A DNA stretch of 52,745 nt, filler included, from Sphacelaria rigidula (taxonomy: Eukaryota), in the NCBI GenBank assembly GCA_964200075.2. It is 3 parts of 3 records of this genome, joined end to end, with 100 filler letters (N's around TTAATTAATTAA, not from the genome) between each part and the next. Parts side by side here need not be neighbours in the genome. Positions count along the whole stretch, not along the records: positions 1 to 17,520 come from CAXNAA020001060.1; positions 17,621 to 35,138 come from CAXNAA020001061.1; 1 more part is not named here. One strand, written 5' to 3'. How positions within the stretch are numbered: the first letter of the stretch is position 1; each line of letters starts with the position of its first letter. Of this stretch, positions 11,423 to 25,300 are shown one piece after another. A model generated the notes under the pieces. The model did no database searches and had not been told where the DNA came from. It was given only the letters and a program-made list of their open reading frames with translations. The position numbers and the translations under genes are program-made.

Positions 11423-14400
11423 CGTTTTCCAGAGAAAACAGGGGGGCGGGAGAGCGATGCGATGTAGGCGTTCTAGGGACGCAGTTATGTTGTGGGAGGT
11501 AGCTGTGTTGTTTTGGTTGATTTGCCATGTTATATGTTTGGGCGGGGTTGTGAAAGGGAGGACGACGTGCTATGGCGGAGTACGACCGACAAAGTGTTTC
11601 GTGGAGGTTGTACTGGGTGCTTATGTTGCTGGACGATGGAAGATGGCGAACGCCGTGCGCGATATTAAATCCGGTTAATTTTGTTGTTCCCCAGCGACGA
11701 TGAGCTCGGGACGGCACCCGGCAACCAGGCGTACGGTCACATATTTTGTTCGCTTCTTGACTGATGTTTGTGATATGTGACTATTGCACTGCTCTGTACT
11801 CCAAGTTCGAGTGTGCGGTAGTGAGTGACACGGTACACAGTGTTTGCGGATGAATTTCCCCGCAGAATTGGCGCGGAGTTTCTCTTGTGGCTTGTGATTC
11901 GTGGGCTCGTTGGAAACAGCAAGTACATCTGCAGGTCACTGAAAAAAAAAAAAGAGTGTTGGCGTTTGTTGCAGCATCGTGGGTCTCCTGGCTGCGGAAC
12001 GACGGTATTGTATGCGCAGCAACGGCGTTTCGCTCGTTTACTCCGCGCGCACACGCGGGGAGGGCGGAGGGATCAGGTATTTATTTTGTAGGGTGAAAAA
12101 TTTCGATGATGTATGACTGTGGGTGACAGTGTCCAGCAGCGGTGTTTATACACGATGTTGTCTCCAGTTCGGGGTCTGACTTGGTTTTTTCCCCATTTGC
12201 ACAAGTTATCGGGTTGGCATAGGACAGTCAAAGTACTCGTGAGTTTTTCCGTATACCGAGCGGGAGGTCGGGCTCAAAGCAGCGGCATTATCACAAGGAC
12301 AATCCGAATACTTTTGCACGACGTGTAATAAACATGGTGTCATGAGTGGACACACTGGCGCCTGGAGTCATAAATGTGGGATATCTGTTGCACTGAACTA
12401 CTGGCAGGGGCTTGAGGTTCGCATTTTGGTAGGGTCGTACGTACTTGTGTGGTGTGTTCCCGGCAGTTGCGGTGAATTTGCCGACTATAACCTAGCTTCA
12501 TATGTCGGTGTTTTTCGCACGCGTGGCGGAAATGCACGAGACCACATGTTTTTTTCCCCTAGTCTTTGGCAAGTGCTTCCACTCGACAATCGACGAGGGT
12601 ACAGTGAAGTAATGTATTCGGAGGCCAACGGGATTTTTATTCTCATTTTCTGTCATTGATTTTTTCGGAATTTCGAGTTTGTAGTGTTCTCTGGTTCTGT
12701 ATCGGGCGCGCGACGGTGTTGGGGGTTGAAATTTTCACAGTACCCGCAGTCAATGAAATTGAAACGTTGAAGAGAAGGGAAGGTCGATTTTGCTGGCGCG
12801 TGATGTGTTGTTGGATGGGTGACATGCTACGCGATGTTAATATCGCCGGGAACCACTTTGCTGGCGCTGGTACTGGTGTCGGTCGTAGCCGTACCGTATG
12901 TTGTCGTCAGATGTTTCTGTGTTTTTGCCATTTCCACGTCGCATACCTCCCGGCGCGCGGAGCAACATGCGACATGCAGTCTGGAGATCACGTGGTCATC
13001 TTGCACGTTTCGGATGCTTCTCATTGCTTACACGTTGAATTCTCCGTGTACTTCGGAAGGGTGGCGTTTGTGTTCAGCCTCGCGGCTTAACCGAGCGTAG
13101 TTGAATCCGAGTGTGACGGAACAAAGATGCTTTTACCAGTATTTTTGCCACTTTAACTCGATGGTTCTCGAAAAGTCACAGGCAAATGGTGGGCTTGTTG
13201 ACATCAATTCCGCAGATTAGCTGGATACAAAATCTTATTCTTTCAGTGTAAGGGCTCTCAGCCTCTTTATTAGTTGTCGCACGTAAAGGGCGTAAAGATC
13301 TTGTCGCGAAAATTCGTAAGTATTTTTTCTCCGCAGCCCCAAATTGTGCCGTGACGAGCCAAGAACCTCGAGTTTATTGTGTGACACGCTGTCGCACTGT
13401 AGACAACAATTGTATCAAGTTATTTCGTACACGAAAACTCCGTTGTGTACTGCAATGCCTCCCTGCAGAGTGGGTGTCGAATTTATTAATGTTGCGGTCG
13501 TTGGTTGGAGCGTGCTTGCTACCAAAATGGCGGGCATGTATGTCAAGGACAAGTGGAGCGTACGGTAAAGCACTTGCGTTTCGACACGATTCAGCCGGCC
13601 GAACGTACTCGCAGTGTTCACACTTTGGACTGCATCATGGCGTAAACTACTGAGTCATCGCCTCCAGTGAGCAGAGCGAGTGCTCCCCAGCAATATGCTC
13701 CACCGCCTTCATGCTGCGGCGACGAGTATGCTCGCATTTCACGCTAGGGTCGTTTTCCTTTCGCTTGGGTAGTCCCACTGTTATCTATCCATTCATATTT
13801 CCAGCATTTGTAGCTCTGAGTGAAAAATGGCGGACATCAGCGGCGCTGTGGTTTACGCTATTTCCATTGGTCATGATGCCTACTGGAGCAATTGCTGGGA
13901 CGAAATCGTGGAGCGCATGTCTGCGTCGTGAACGTGGAGGGCGGTGTGTGCCCTGTCGGTAAGTCTCGGCCTGGGAGAGGACGTTTAGGTTGCCCTAACT
14001 TTGGTACACCAGGACACGTTTGAGCGTCTCAGTAGCTCGACTCGGGTGATCCTGGCAGAAGATCGCGTCGCTTTTCACAGCTGTTGACCACCCTTCTTTT
14101 ACGTGTAGTAGATCACTCGTGTGATGAACGTCCACCAGTTTGAGACCTACTCGATACGTCGTCCCATTTTTTCATGTGCCAGCTGGTCGGGTAGACACGA
14201 AGGCGTTGCGGTTGTTGAGTAACCTTTATCCTTTATTGGATAGAGGCGGGTTATATTGTTTGTTCCATTACGCACAGCAGAGGACGAGCGCGGTGGAGCT
14301 TGTGCGCAAAAGCGCGGGGGAACAGGACAGGGCGAGAGGTGAATGTGCAAAACGCTCGCGGGGAGAGGTACGCGAATATTTCAAGTTGATGGAGCACACA

Positions 14401-17400
14401 ACAGCAGAGGGTGCCGGGGAGTGACGTCGCTTATCCCTCTTGTCTACTCGAGTAAGAGACGCTACTTGTGATGGAGGACTGGTTCGAAGATTGTGTACAG
14501 ACTGACGTGCAACCGCTGTGCAGTCATTTGTTTATCAAGGGCTGGTGCCACTTTTCTCTTATTAGTGCTCATTTTCTCATGTCGATGCTGCTGGGTGTTT
14601 TGGCTTAGAAAGTCAGGAGCATTTCCCCATTAACTGATTGTCCAATCTCGCCACATATCTATATAGATGCGTTGGTTTTTGTACACGTATCAACCATGTT
14701 GTTACTGCCCCGGGGGCGTCAGCTGTACGACGAGCATGCATTGCTGTGTTCGAAGGTTTCGAACTGCAGATGTTCACAGGTATTTAGTTTCCTCGCCAGG
14801 TCAACATTCCTCGCGATTCATTACCCAGCGGATGTTTTGCTCGAAGACCAATATTTCCCACGTCGCGAGGGTCATGGTTACGGGCCGTTCAGCTACTGTT
14901 TTCAAATAGCCTGCAGTTTGAACACTTACGAAACATAACTTTGAGGCAGGCGGCGCGCGGTGCGTGTATCGCCTCTGGTGTAGGCTGTGACACGTAAGTG
15001 TTGGTTAGTCACGAACCCAAGGTGTGCAACCTCACAGTTTTGAGGAAGTGCCTTTAATATTTTTGGCGTAAAATGTGCGTCATCTCCGTCAGTTGAAGGC
15101 TATTCTTCGTGCGTTCTGAACTACTGTGTATACTGTTCCACCAGTTTGACGTTTGAACTTCTCCGATATTTCATGTTCAAAAGTTTACGAAAACAACTCC
15201 AATATATTGTTGTCCATGGAGGTTGTTGTCTTGTCGTGTGGTATTGTGTACATATATTTTGTTTCCCCCCCCCCCCCTATCGATGGTGGAAAATATGTGA
15301 AGCCCTGTGCGAAATGTTTACAAGGCAACATAGCCGGTTGCGTGAAGCGAAGGCGTGAAGTGCGCAGCATTTGTGTCGGTGAGAGTCAAGCCGCAGCAAG
15401 GCGAACGCCCCTACGTCGCAAGTCGTTCCATTCGTCGAGGCGTGTGTCGGTTGTATGTACAACGCGCACACTATATATACACAGCGTGTTGTGCAAGTTC
15501 GCTTCGTTTTTGGTCTCACTCCTTGTTATGGGTATTGATCAAGGTGAATAATTTGTTAGTGTTTGTTGTTGCTGTTCAACCCCCGAGGGTTCGATGGGCG
15601 CCGACTCTCATGTAGAAGGTCAGCATGTAAATATCTCTTGGTTCAGATGACTGGCCATGATGGCGTCCCCGATGTTAGCCTCCGCGATGAATCTTTCGGA
15701 CACCCACACCCGCGTCGACACGACGGAAGTTTGTGTTTATCAGGTATTTTCAGCGTAGAATGTTTCGCCCGGTAGTTTCGGGTTTGGTTTAATCCTGAGT
15801 CCAAGCAAGTGGTCGAAAGGTTACCCTCATACAGCTGATATCCCCTACTCCGGTGTGATACCGGGGCAGCAGCGTTATCGACGTCTTATAGGAAGCAGGG
15901 TTGGACCTTGGGGTCGCTATACTATTCAACCCCCCAGCGCCTTCAGATCCTGGAAGCTGTGTGTAAGTCGTTCCGAAGTCCGATGCTTCCAGGAATAGTG
16001 AGGTGAAGTTCGAGCAGTGGAGGAAACTAGAGTATGGTGCTTAACATTTCATGCCGACTGAATCTGTCATTCGCCACCAGTCGCATTTTTGTTCTGTCGT
16101 TTGAACGTACACATAGCGGGCTTTTTCAGTACACTGTAATCACCACGTGTAATGTTAATCTAGGGCAGCCGACGGCGTTTGCTACGTCGAACTCGACAGG
16201 CGTTGCAGCCTTTCTCAGTAATTAGTTGAACAGGAGTTTGAAGTTGTGGAACCGGGAATACCGCCGCCACGTGCCTCGGATACTGTGCATTATCCCACTT
16301 CGAGGAATCGAGCCCCCCTCTTCTACTCGCTAGGTTCCGGGATTCGGAAATGACGATCAACCAAAATCCAACACGAAAGGATTGTGAAATTTATAGAAAA
16401 TTCACAAGTACAACGAAACCGATTACATTCACCTTCATTTGCGGCTGTTGCGAAATCTGGTTCTGGTGAAAAGGAATATATGCTGGGGTCAATACAACGC
16501 CCATACAGTGAAATGATTTTTGTAGTGAAGTGGGATACTCTACGAATCAGAGGCATAGTGAGGAATCGGCGGCGCCTAGCACTAATGATTTGGCACCTTT
16601 GTAGTGAAAAATGCTTATGATTAGCTTGCACACTCGAGTCAGACCTGCAGTGTACGAACGTACTACGGTCCATGGAATGAGCAGTCCCGCTGGGACGGAT
16701 AGAGCAGCAGTAGAGAAGGGAAGCAGCAACTAGGCAAGCAGACTGCGAGTGTTCTATTGCCGTCGGAAGAAGTCGCGGTGATTCTCGTGTTTCGGTACAT
16801 TCCCATCGCGGGGTGGTTGGTTGCGTCTTTCCGTGGCCGCGGGCCCTGGCACCGATGCTAGCAACTGCGGCCGCCATGCTGCCGGGTGCAATCAGTACCG
16901 TATTCACGCAGTGTGCTGTGGATGGATTACTCCTTTCATCGGAGCACGGGGTCTGGCCCGACCGGTCGAGCGGTGTATACCGGTGCTGGTCGTGTCTTGA
17001 CTCAGCCGTGTTTGCTATCGCGCAAATGATGGTATGGGCAGCGCCTTGTTCGTTTTCCGGAAGACCAAACGGTCAACACACCATGAAGTTTCAACAATCG
17101 AGAATCTACACAGCACTCGTCCCGGCTGATTTTATTTTTCAGAGACTAACATAGCGATACAGGATCTCAGGCAATCCCATCGGAAATCAACTGTCTTCAC
17201 AAGGTTGAACACACCACAGCAGAAACAGCGATAGCACATGAAGGAGGGATTGATGTTTCAGGAAGACGAACGGGTACTTTGCACAGAAGGGTTCACTCAT
17301 CACTTGAACGTTGCTAAATCGCGAATAGCAAAATAACGGACACCGTACAAAATGACAAGCTCTCTAGTTTGGTAATTGCTCGCTCATACACTCCTGTGTC

Positions 17401-17520
17401 ACTGACGGTATGGATTTCCAATTTTCAAGTTGGTTGTTGCCATGAGTCATCCTACGATAGGGGGGGGGGGGTATTTTGGGTCATTTGTTGCTCGCAATTT
17501 CGAGTCAGATCGTCGTTGAA

Positions 17521-17620
17521 NNNNNNNNNNNNNNNNNNNNNNNNNNNNNNNNNNNNNNNNNNNNTTAATTAATTAANNNNNNNNNNNNNNNNNNNNNNNN
17601 NNNNNNNNNNNNNNNNNNNN
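17521..17620. other. Assembly gap spacer (N44-TTAATTAATTAA-N44)
   Basis: 100-bp N run with a central six-frame-stop linker; identical structure at 35139-35238. Confidence 0.95.
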
Positions 17621-17745
17621 CGTTGCGGAAAAAATTAACGGGGCAAGCACTCGAGTCACTGCTCGTTGTGGAAAAAATTAATGGGGCGAGCACTCGAGTC
17701 ACTGCTCGTTGCGGAAAAAATTAACGAGGCGAGCACTCGAGTCAT
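17621..17745. repeat. Tandem repeat, ~43-bp unit, about 3 copies, truncated by the gap
   Basis: cgttg(c/t)ggaaaaaattaa(c/t)g(g/a)ggc(a/g)agcactcgagtca(ctgct) repeated. Confidence 0.85.
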
Positions 17746-17815
17746 GCTTGTTGTGTTTTGGAAAAACACCCACGAGTGCCCTCGTCTAAACGAGTAATGA
17801 CTCGTCCGACTTGTG

Positions 17816-18013
17816 CAATATTCTCTCTGTAGTAGCTTGCCACTAAGGCCCTCGACACCCCTCAGTAGGATATCAACGTGTAGCTGTAAGCACATGGCAG
17901 TGATGAGACGAAGAAAAGCATACACGGAATGAAAAAATGTCCAAGGTAAATCGAATGACCAAAGCCACTCTCAATCCGCACCCAACTCTCAATCTCACGA
18001 AAAACTTTGTTTA
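17816..18013. repeat. Dispersed repeat (~200 bp); inverted copy at 50614-50810
   Basis: caatattctctctgta.tagcttgccact...aagccactctcaatccgcacccaactctca matches the reverse complement of 50614-50810. Confidence 0.85.
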
Positions 18014-18764
18014 CAGAAAGCATATCGGGCGTCGTTCGGGAGCACTTCGGAACTGAAACGATTCATTCACTAATTGAGCGCTTTTCACTCTCAATCTCAC
18101 AAAAATATTGTTTTTTGTTGTTGCAGCTTGTACAAGATCACAAATACCTCGGTTCCAGGGCCGTATGAAACGATTAGCTCTGCCACTTGTATTCGTCTAC
18201 TGCATACGAACTCGGGGACTATCAAACCTGAAGGCAGTTGTGGATAGGATGTTGAGGTGAGACGAGCACTCGGTGTACATCCGTTGTAGGTATGTCATCA
18301 CACGCGAACAGCAAACGGCTTCTTGTCTTTTCTTGTTTCTTTTCACCTCAGGAATCGAACATACTGTCCCCCCTCGTGACGATAGCTAGGGTTTTAAAAG
18401 TCGAAAAACGTTCGGCGAAACGCAGACGATAAATCGTGTTGCGACCGAGACAGCAGAACGGCTCACCTCTTGAATTTCATAGGAACTACCGTTGAGCAAT
18501 GCTACGGTAGGGGTGCACTTTTTTCGCGAAATATTGTCTAGTTCAGGGGCTTCTAACGATTCTAGATGCACAAGAATATGGACCAGGGCATTCCCCGTTT
18601 GCAAATTCATTCGGGATATCCCCAGCACATTGGAGCAGTCATCCTGGCGTACCTTTACGTATTTTCGTAGGTGATGTTTTGCATGAGATCAAGGACTCCT
18701 AAGAATTGTAACCTCAGAAAATATTTGTGCACCCCTACGTAGCATCACTCCGTTCCACCTTACT

Positions 18765-19035
18765 TCGGAGGTGTGCCTCGAGATTACCCGGATTTTCGTG
18801 GCATCCGCAGCACCCACTACTTGCGTACGCAGGGTACCGAGCACGGGAAGTACTGAGTACTGCAGGGTACGAGCTATAGTACAGCTACTGAGTACTTCGA
18901 GTATCCGCGGTACCGACTGTCTACTGAATTTTCCATGGTACCCACGGTATCGACAGTCGAAAGTCAATATAGCAGAGTACCCATAGTATCGACACCCCAA
19001 AATACCCTACTTGGGCCCTGCGACACCCTTCGCAC
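18765..19035. repeat. GTAC/AGTACT-rich interspersed repeat, probable non-autonomous DNA transposon remnant
   Basis: Dense gtac/agtact/ggtacc/gtatcgac motifs; no convincing TIR or TSD resolved. Confidence 0.4.
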
Positions 19036-19770
19036 CTTTGATATATGTGATCAAACGAAAAAATTTCGTATCGTGTTGTCTCCATCACCGTTGTCACCAA
19101 GCTTGTCTTCAGAGGAGCGGTCTCAAGCTTGAAGCACAGATGTATGGGCAAAAACGGCTATTTTGTCATGTGTGACCACACGTCATGACATCTTGCTCGA
19201 ATCTTCATGTACTCTCGATCCGTTGAGCCATTGACTGTAGTGCATTCGGCATGTAAAAAGAGCAACGCCCGAGCGACGAACGGACAGTGGCCGATTGTTG
19301 TCTTAGCCTCTCCGTTGCCCCTCATGATACATCATGAGATAGTCTATTTTCGCCACTGCGCGTTTGTAGCCCAAGGGAAGCCAAAAGCAACCGTTTACAA
19401 GCGATCCCAAGTAATCTAACTTACTTTCGCACCTAACGACAGAAGTCCCACTGTGCCGTGGGCCGGTTCGGCACAGTCCCTGTGAAGAGGAGATTATATA
19501 TTATACCAAACAGCACCCAACGCTCACTGCCTGTCTATCGCGTACCACATCCGCTAACACCAACATTCAAATCCCGACGCAAAACAAAAACAGAACACAC
19601 ACGGCACAACAGCACGGTGTCACTCGATCTACAAATAAGTGCATGGCTCCACGTTGTATGCAGCCCCTATCTATCGCACGGCTACAGCACTCAACCCGAC
19701 AATCATAGCCGATTGCTTGCTAAAGTTCTTCCCTCGTACAGTCGAAGCCCACACAAATCCACAACCATCG

Positions 19771-22361
19771 TCAAGTGTCAAGGAGGGCCTGGGCAAGTTT
19801 CCTCTCCAACTCCAAGGACTCCTCGCGCTCCTTCTTTAACCTCTCCAGCAAATCCCTGGCAATTCCGCTAACCCTGACACCCAGCAAAACCTCGTCTGCT
19901 ACTTCTGCCCCTCCCCCTGGTGACCCCGCCGAGCCCTCGCTCGCTCCAGCAGGTGTTGCTGCGGTGCCCCGGATGCCTGCGCTTGCCCTTCGTTGTCGTC
20001 TCGCGGCGTTTCGCTGTTCGACTTGTGTCTCCGTGCTTGGTGCCACAGCCAGGAAAGGCGTTGGTTGATGTTCACCTTGCCCATCCAACCTGCCCTCCTG
20101 CCTATCTGCGGCGCCGGTGGCCAGAGCAGCGGGCTGTGTGCCGTGCGCTACACTACCAACCATTGCTGTCGAATCTGCGCCGCCAGGACGAAGCAAAGAG
20201 CCCTCAGGGTTTGCCTTCGGCGCTCCTTCATTACCCCTTCCCTCGCCACCACCGTCGATCACGTCACTGTCGCTGTGACCAACAGTATTCCTTTCAAGTG
20301 TTCCGGCCTGCGTCCTACCAGACCTGGGAACGGATCCACTCCGGCCGGTTACCGTTGTCTTTGCCGTACCTGGGACAGCTGTCGAGAGACAGGAGGAGGA
20401 GGCGTTGCCGTCGCCCCTGATAGCCATGGCAAAAACCCCGTCGGTGAGTGCTGACTGCAACGAGGATCGAGACAGGGGACGTCCTTGGTTTTTTGCGAAG
20501 GTCGGGACGTCAGGCGATAATACCCAGGGGTTACGTGCTGGTACCTTGGAGGTTGACGGGGCCTTCGCTGTGCCGGTGATGGCACCCACGGCCGCTGGCT
20601 GTCCAGCATCCGTGATTCCGAAGGAAGGCCCCCAATAACTCGGACGACGAGGGGACGGGGTTACTGACATAGAAGTTCTTGTTGAGGAAGCACCAGGAGG
20701 CGGCGTGGCTTGACGAGGTCGAGCTGCTGGCATTGACGTCTCATCTTTCGACGAGAGAGTCATGTTCGCCTTTGCGGGCGCAGCGCGAGCAGCGGAGGCA
20801 AGAGGTAAATTGGGCGGATCAAAGCTCTTGCACTCCTCCACACCACTGTCTGGGCGAGGGCTCGGGGGCTCGAAGCCTTTTGATTCCTCCACTCCGCCGT
20901 CGAAAGCACGCTGTGGCGCCTGCGGTACTGCTGGTCTCGAGTTGCTTGCAACATCTGCGCGGAGTCGTAGTCTGAGAGTGTGCACCTTTGCATCTGCGGT
21001 AGTCTCCTGCGTATTTTTCGACGAGGCGTGTGGTTGTGAGAGGTTGTTTTTGTGTTCTAAAGGGGTCGATGGAGTCGAAGCCAGCCGCAACACTCCACCA
21101 GATACTTGTTCCGACGACGATGTTCTACTTTTTACCGATTCTTTCTCCGATGACCTCTCGACCGAAGGTATTTGCGTGGGAGGGGATGGCATACGCGGCA
21201 AAATCGGTGCGCGGGGGGGTACCGCCGCCGCTGGGGCCGCCCCTGCTTCACTCGCCGCAGTTGGCACCTTGGGCACCAGCGGAGTGGGTAGAGATGATCG
21301 TGTAAGATCCGATCCGCTGCACGCAGCCGTGAAATCCGACACGCTTGACGTGCTACCTGCATGTGCCCGCGATGTTATTGCCGCGGGGCTACCGGTCGCC
21401 GCTGTTCGCGGGGGTGCTGATGCGGCACCCAATGACAGCGGGGTACGTGTCAATGAAACATGTTCTGCTCGCGGTATCCTCCTTACGTCGGGCTCAAGTG
21501 CGGCAGCAGCCGTTGCTTCACGTGGTGGAGTCTTTGTACGTGAAGTAGCTTCTGTCGGTGCTTGCGCCGCGGTCTTGTTTCCGCTCGCCAGTGTACCCGA
21601 CGCTACAACTGAGCGTGCCCCTCGTGAGGGCTTCTTAGATTTCGCCCCACCACCGAAACGCTCTTCCCGCGCGCGGGCCCTCGCTCTTTGCACCTCTGCC
21701 GCCAGCTTCGCGGGAGACATGGTCACAGCCGTGGCCGCAGCAGCTTCAGCAGCCGGGTTTCCTCTGCGAGTGCGGGCGCGCTTGTTCCTCGGCCCGGGAA
21801 CTGCAGATTCACTCCCTTCGTCTGATCCCTCCATATCGTCGGCGTCATCCATGCATAGTTCCTCCCCGGTGCGTTCCTTGAAAGATCTCATAAGCGCATT
21901 AAGATGTCGTCCCGTGCGCCTTGAGTCGCGAGCGTCATCTCCCTTTCCTCCCGCACGGCCCTTGTTGACACCACCCCCGTCGTCGGCGCCGCCTTTATCC
22001 TTGCTGCCGCCTTTTCCGCTCTTTCTCCCGGGACTCCACAGCACCTTTGCTTCTCCGCGTTTAGGCTTTTTTGGGTTATCTTTCCTGCCGCTTTTCGAGT
22101 CTACCGTCAATGACCCGTGAACGTCACCCATGGCTCCACTTGTGCGTTTGTCCCCGGCCGTGGACGCCCCCAGGGCCTCCGAATTCGATGCGGCTTCGTT
22201 GTCGGGGCCGTGCCCACGGCCAGATGGATCGTGCAGATGGCCGTCTGCTCGAGAGGCCCTCGATATCCAACGCCTTGCTTCGGGCCTCGATTCCGCAGGG
22301 TTTGGGGGTTTCTTGCCACCGCCGCCGCTACGGCCATCTTTCTGAGCCTGTGACCTCCCAC
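19771..22361 (-). CDS. Gene 2 terminal exon (~860 codons, low complexity; ends RDLLERLKKEREESLELERKLAQALLDT*)
   Basis: 786-aa ORF plus an in-frame upstream extension (AQKDGRSGGGGKKPPNP...) to a pyrimidine-rich acceptor. Confidence 0.8.
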
Positions 22362-25300
22362 CTGATGAAGGAAGTGGGATGTATGGCAGAGAACACGTTT
22401 GAACAAAGCAGGGCAGTTACAGGGCCAGGTGGAAGGGCGCACATTGGTTCGCTTCGCGGTATTGTTCGTCTATAATACCGCCATCATCTAGCTGGAGCCT
22501 ACGCCTTGCGTCCTGTATCCCCTCCCTCCCATACCAAATCACTAGGAAATGGAGTGTCAGTGGACGTAAACAAGTGCGTCGTAGTTGTATGCAACGAAGA
22601 TGAGAATAACCCAGTGGAGTTCAAATGGAAGTGGGGAGAAGAGGAATTGCCGATCGTAGACCAGTACACATACCATGGCGTAGAGATATCACAACTCTGT
22701 TCTTGGGATGTAAACATAAACAGAGTGTTAGATAAGGGTATGACACAAATGGACAAGACGAACGTGATGCTCAGATACTCGCACCTAGATACTAGGAATA
22801 AGATATGTATCCTGATGAACGTGATCGTACCAAAGCTGGAACATGCAGGAGAAGTATGGGAGGGGAACGCGAAGATGGTCAAGAAACTGGGAACAGTACA
22901 GATGACAGCAGGGAAGAAAGTGATCGGATGTTCAAAAACTCCGAGTCATACAGCGCTGAGAGCAGAATTGGGAATACACCACTTGAAACAAGTGCAGACA
23001 CGAGAAAATTGAAATTATAATACAGCGTCTGGAACGTGCCAGGAAAGAGATTGTCAGTCATAGTTGATACGGCTGTATGGAAGAAAATGACGAAAATGCA
23101 GGTTGGAAAAAAGGTGGGATAGCGTAGTCGAGGAAGTATGGAAGGACATAAGTGGAAACCAAGACCAGATACTGTCCGTAGGTGAATGCAGAGAGTACAA
23201 GACAAAAGTAGAAGGCATGATGGAAATAAGGGAAAAAGAAGCGCTGAGACGGAAGGTAGACGAGGAAGAGCACCTGAAGATATATACAAGGGGTTGAGAG
23301 AGGGGATAGGGATCAAAACGTATCTGCACGGCCCATCGGACTCCGCGAAAAGTTGAAATTGCGATTTCGGGTGGGGGACCTGGACCTGCCAGAAAGAAGA
23401 GGCATGCCAGTAGTTGAAAGGAGGAGGAAGTAGATGCACAGAACTGCCCCTGTGGCACAACAAGAGAGAGTAGAACTCGTATAGTGGCAGGATGTGAACT
23501 GTACAAGGAGGAACGGGAAGTGTTGGAGGGGAAAATGCGGGACGTGAACGAAGGTGGCATAAAACCGTTTGGTACATTGGACAGTAGCGAAAAAAACGAT
23601 CGCTACACTAGGAGATAGATGGTGACCACAGACGGCGAAACAGGAGGGTAATAAGATCTGTGCAAGGTTTTTGTATAGTGAACGGAAGAAATGTAATGCA
23701 CGCCGAAATGGTGAAAATGTCGAGGTGTCTATATTAGGAGTAGGAACGGCGCTCCGTCTCGGAAGGGATGCGTGGTCAATGGCCAAACGACCAAGGCAAG
23801 CAACAAATGAGTACACTCCTGCCCCCCCCTCCCCCACCGCTTCCACCGTCAGCTACGCGAATGTTCAATCCATCTGGGCAACAAAGAGTTTGCCGACGGA
23901 ATATATCATGGCGATACTGCATAGACATTCATTTTTGGTTATTCGTATGCATGCGCAGTGTACCAAGGCGCGAAGCGAAGGAACTCAAAGCACTTGCTTG
24001 CGCCTGTCCAGAACCGTATTGCAACAGAAAACGGGGGCAGAGACATGTTGGCCTGACCCATTATATCACACGCAGACGCCTTTGAGAGTTTGCACGCCAC
24101 GTGCTGCTGTCGGTTGGCTGGCGAGATCATTAGTCCGCAAAAGGCTTTCACACAAAACTGCACATGTCGATCCCAGATATTCTCTTTTTGCTCTTCCTTG
24201 CTGAGTTCGTTTCGGGTACTAGTATATCTCCATCCCTTGCAGTGCGAAAAATGCAGCTTGACGAGACTTCAATTCGGTCTCAAGCGCTTCAGTCGTCATG
24301 TATTAGTAATACGCTTTTCTCGTGCCGTCTCTTCTAGGGGAGTGCGCGTTGAGGGTTAAAAAAATATGTGCAGCATGGAGAAGCTCTCTCCGAGAGCAAG
24401 CAGCCATACATGCATCTCAAGGCGAAGTTTCGGCAGGAAACACACACCCCACTACTTTTGTTCGTTATACCTCACGCCGGGTAAAAAGTCTACATGTAAC
24501 ACCCGAGGAGATGAGGTTCCAACCCTGCAGCAAGCAACGCAGCGAAACAAGCTATTTTTTTTGGAAACTCCAGCGATATTTCTTCTCGAAACGAGATGTC
24601 ACAGAAGCACAAGGCCTTTATTCACTGAAGCAATTTCGGCGTAAACCTTTGGCACCCACATGTCGCTGGTGGGATCGCAGTTGGCGGGGCTTTGGCGGGG
24701 GTATTTGGCACTCTACAGGAGCTGCTGGTTGATCCCATTGGCTGAAATGAAATACTTTCCAAATACCCCGGTACGCATATGACCATTCTTCGATAGAGAG
24801 TCTCGGAAAAAAAAATCGAAATTCATGTCGGCATCATGGTAGAGAAACTTCAGAGAGTAAGCTGACGAAACTTCAGTGTGGACGCTGAAAAGTTCAGAAG
24901 GACAGCTGATGTGAAGTGGCTTGACGTTGATTTCTTTTTGTCGCAATGAATAGCCACAGGTTGCCCCGCCAAATATGCGATCGACCAGCGTCCGGTTCAA
25001 AAATGCATAGGACAGCACAGCAGGGCACAGCAGTAGAAAGTCTGTATTGTGCCGTACCATGCTGCACCATACCGTACCGCATCGTACGCTACGCTTAACT
25101 GCACCTGCACTACTTCACTGCAGTACAGTGCACTGTAGTGCTGTGCAGCATGCAGTACAGACAGTGCAGTACAGTGCAATGCAGAACCCTACAGTACATT
25201 GCCGTACGGTAAAGTACAGCGATACCGTATAGACAGCACGGCAGCACTTCCAAAAAATAAAGCGGCATCGCACCGATTTTGCAACACGCCACTCATAACG

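Noticed and set aside
17565-17576. TTAATTAATTAA palindrome inside N runs (also 35183-35194)
   Set aside because: Artificial six-frame-stop scaffold linker, not biological. It also means adjacency across these gaps is unverified.
17621-17745. CRISPR-like appearance of regularly spaced repeats
   Set aside because: Head-to-tail units with no unique spacers, eukaryotic context, and no cas genes.
20762-22120. 452-aa plus-strand ORF
   Set aside because: Antisense shadow of the gene 2 terminal exon, with no independent domain or splice support.
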